Assembly (NCBI GenBank): GCA_965369995.1
Contig: CBDURO010000001.1
Span: 10,260 to 74,259 of the forward strand
Length of the DNA stretch: 64,000 nt
Reading direction: 5' to 3'
From: an uncultured bacterium
Lineage (GTDB): Bacteria; Fidelibacterota; Marinisomatia; Marinisomatales; JAHJCW01
The notes below the pieces were generated by a model. That model ran no database searches and was not told where the DNA came from. It worked only from the letters and a program-made list of their open reading frames with translations. Shown here piece after piece: positions 63,976 through 64,000 of the stretch. Every line of letters starts with the position of its first letter. Within the stretch, counting starts at the first letter, position 1. The translations under genes were made by a program, and so were the position numbers.

Positions 63976-64000
63976 ATGAGTCGGTATTTATTTACATCTG
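63976..64000 (+). CDS. metK: Start of S-adenosylmethionine synthetase (partial, 8 codons)
   Basis: ATG preceded by GGAG. MSRYLFTS matches the conserved MetK N-terminus (xxLFTSESV...). Only 25 nt lie in the window. Confidence 0.4.

Noticed and set aside
1-64000. Search for CRISPR arrays, tRNA, rRNA, tmRNA and RNase P RNA
   Set aside because: I saw no regularly spaced direct repeats of 24-40 nt. No tRNA T-arm or acceptor pattern appears in any spacer. The only AAAGTCC match, an RNase P-like word, is part of the IS terminal repeat.

Overview
The window is a visibly AT-rich, gene-dense chromosomal segment. Its gene content looks like the FCB superphylum (Bacteroidota/Ignavibacteriota-like): a PorX-type REC-PglZ regulator, a long IleRS followed by traR/dksA-lspA, rnfCDGEAB, and many TPR or lipoprotein genes. 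The organism cannot be named from sequence alone.

I support about 60 protein genes, and all but four lie on the + strand.
- Housekeeping: tsaE/tsaB, accD, surE, guaA, glmS, uppP, holA, yajC, def-fmt-rsmB, hflX, pyrF/pyrE, ileS, lspA, rluD, xerC/D-type recombinase, hpf, and the start of metK.
- Energy and transport: rnfCDGEAB plus an rseC-like gene, two SSS symporters and one DAACS symporter.
- Envelope redox and quality control: a dsbD-tlpA-htrA cluster.
- Regulation: an ECF sigma / anti-sigma / GGDEF block.
- Envelope glycan: a co-directional locus with GtrB-like GT2, GT4, GT2, a PAPS-type sulfotransferase, Wzx and YfhO/GT-C, followed by a histidine kinase and a fused ATP-sulfurylase/APS-kinase.
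- The ORF track misses a partial TPR gene on the minus strand of more than 900 codons (1-2723).

I saw no rRNA, tRNA or CRISPR array.

Observations most worth follow-up:
1. An unclassified mosaic repeat family built from degenerate 7-10-nt tandem units. Two long copies (13491-13680 and 39323-39510) share an exact 31-mer hairpin core. A partial copy splits rnfA from rnfB. Related modules lie inside tsaB, at its 3' end, and upstream of the porX-like gene. Copies overlap the stop codons of three unrelated genes.
2. A candidate sulfated-glycan pathway, formed by the sulfotransferase, a dedicated PAPS synthase and the GtrB-like/Wzx/YfhO genes.
3. An 855-bp IS1595-family element with imperfect terminal inverted repeats and a 7-bp duplication. 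It sits between the htrA stop codon and the likely htrA terminator.
4. A GC-richer 158-bp element bounded by inverted repeats between convergent genes. It could be a structured RNA or a MITE.
5. A two-tier GC-rich palindrome in a divergent transporter promoter region.

All functional calls rest on motif recognition by eye. No database search or statistics were run.
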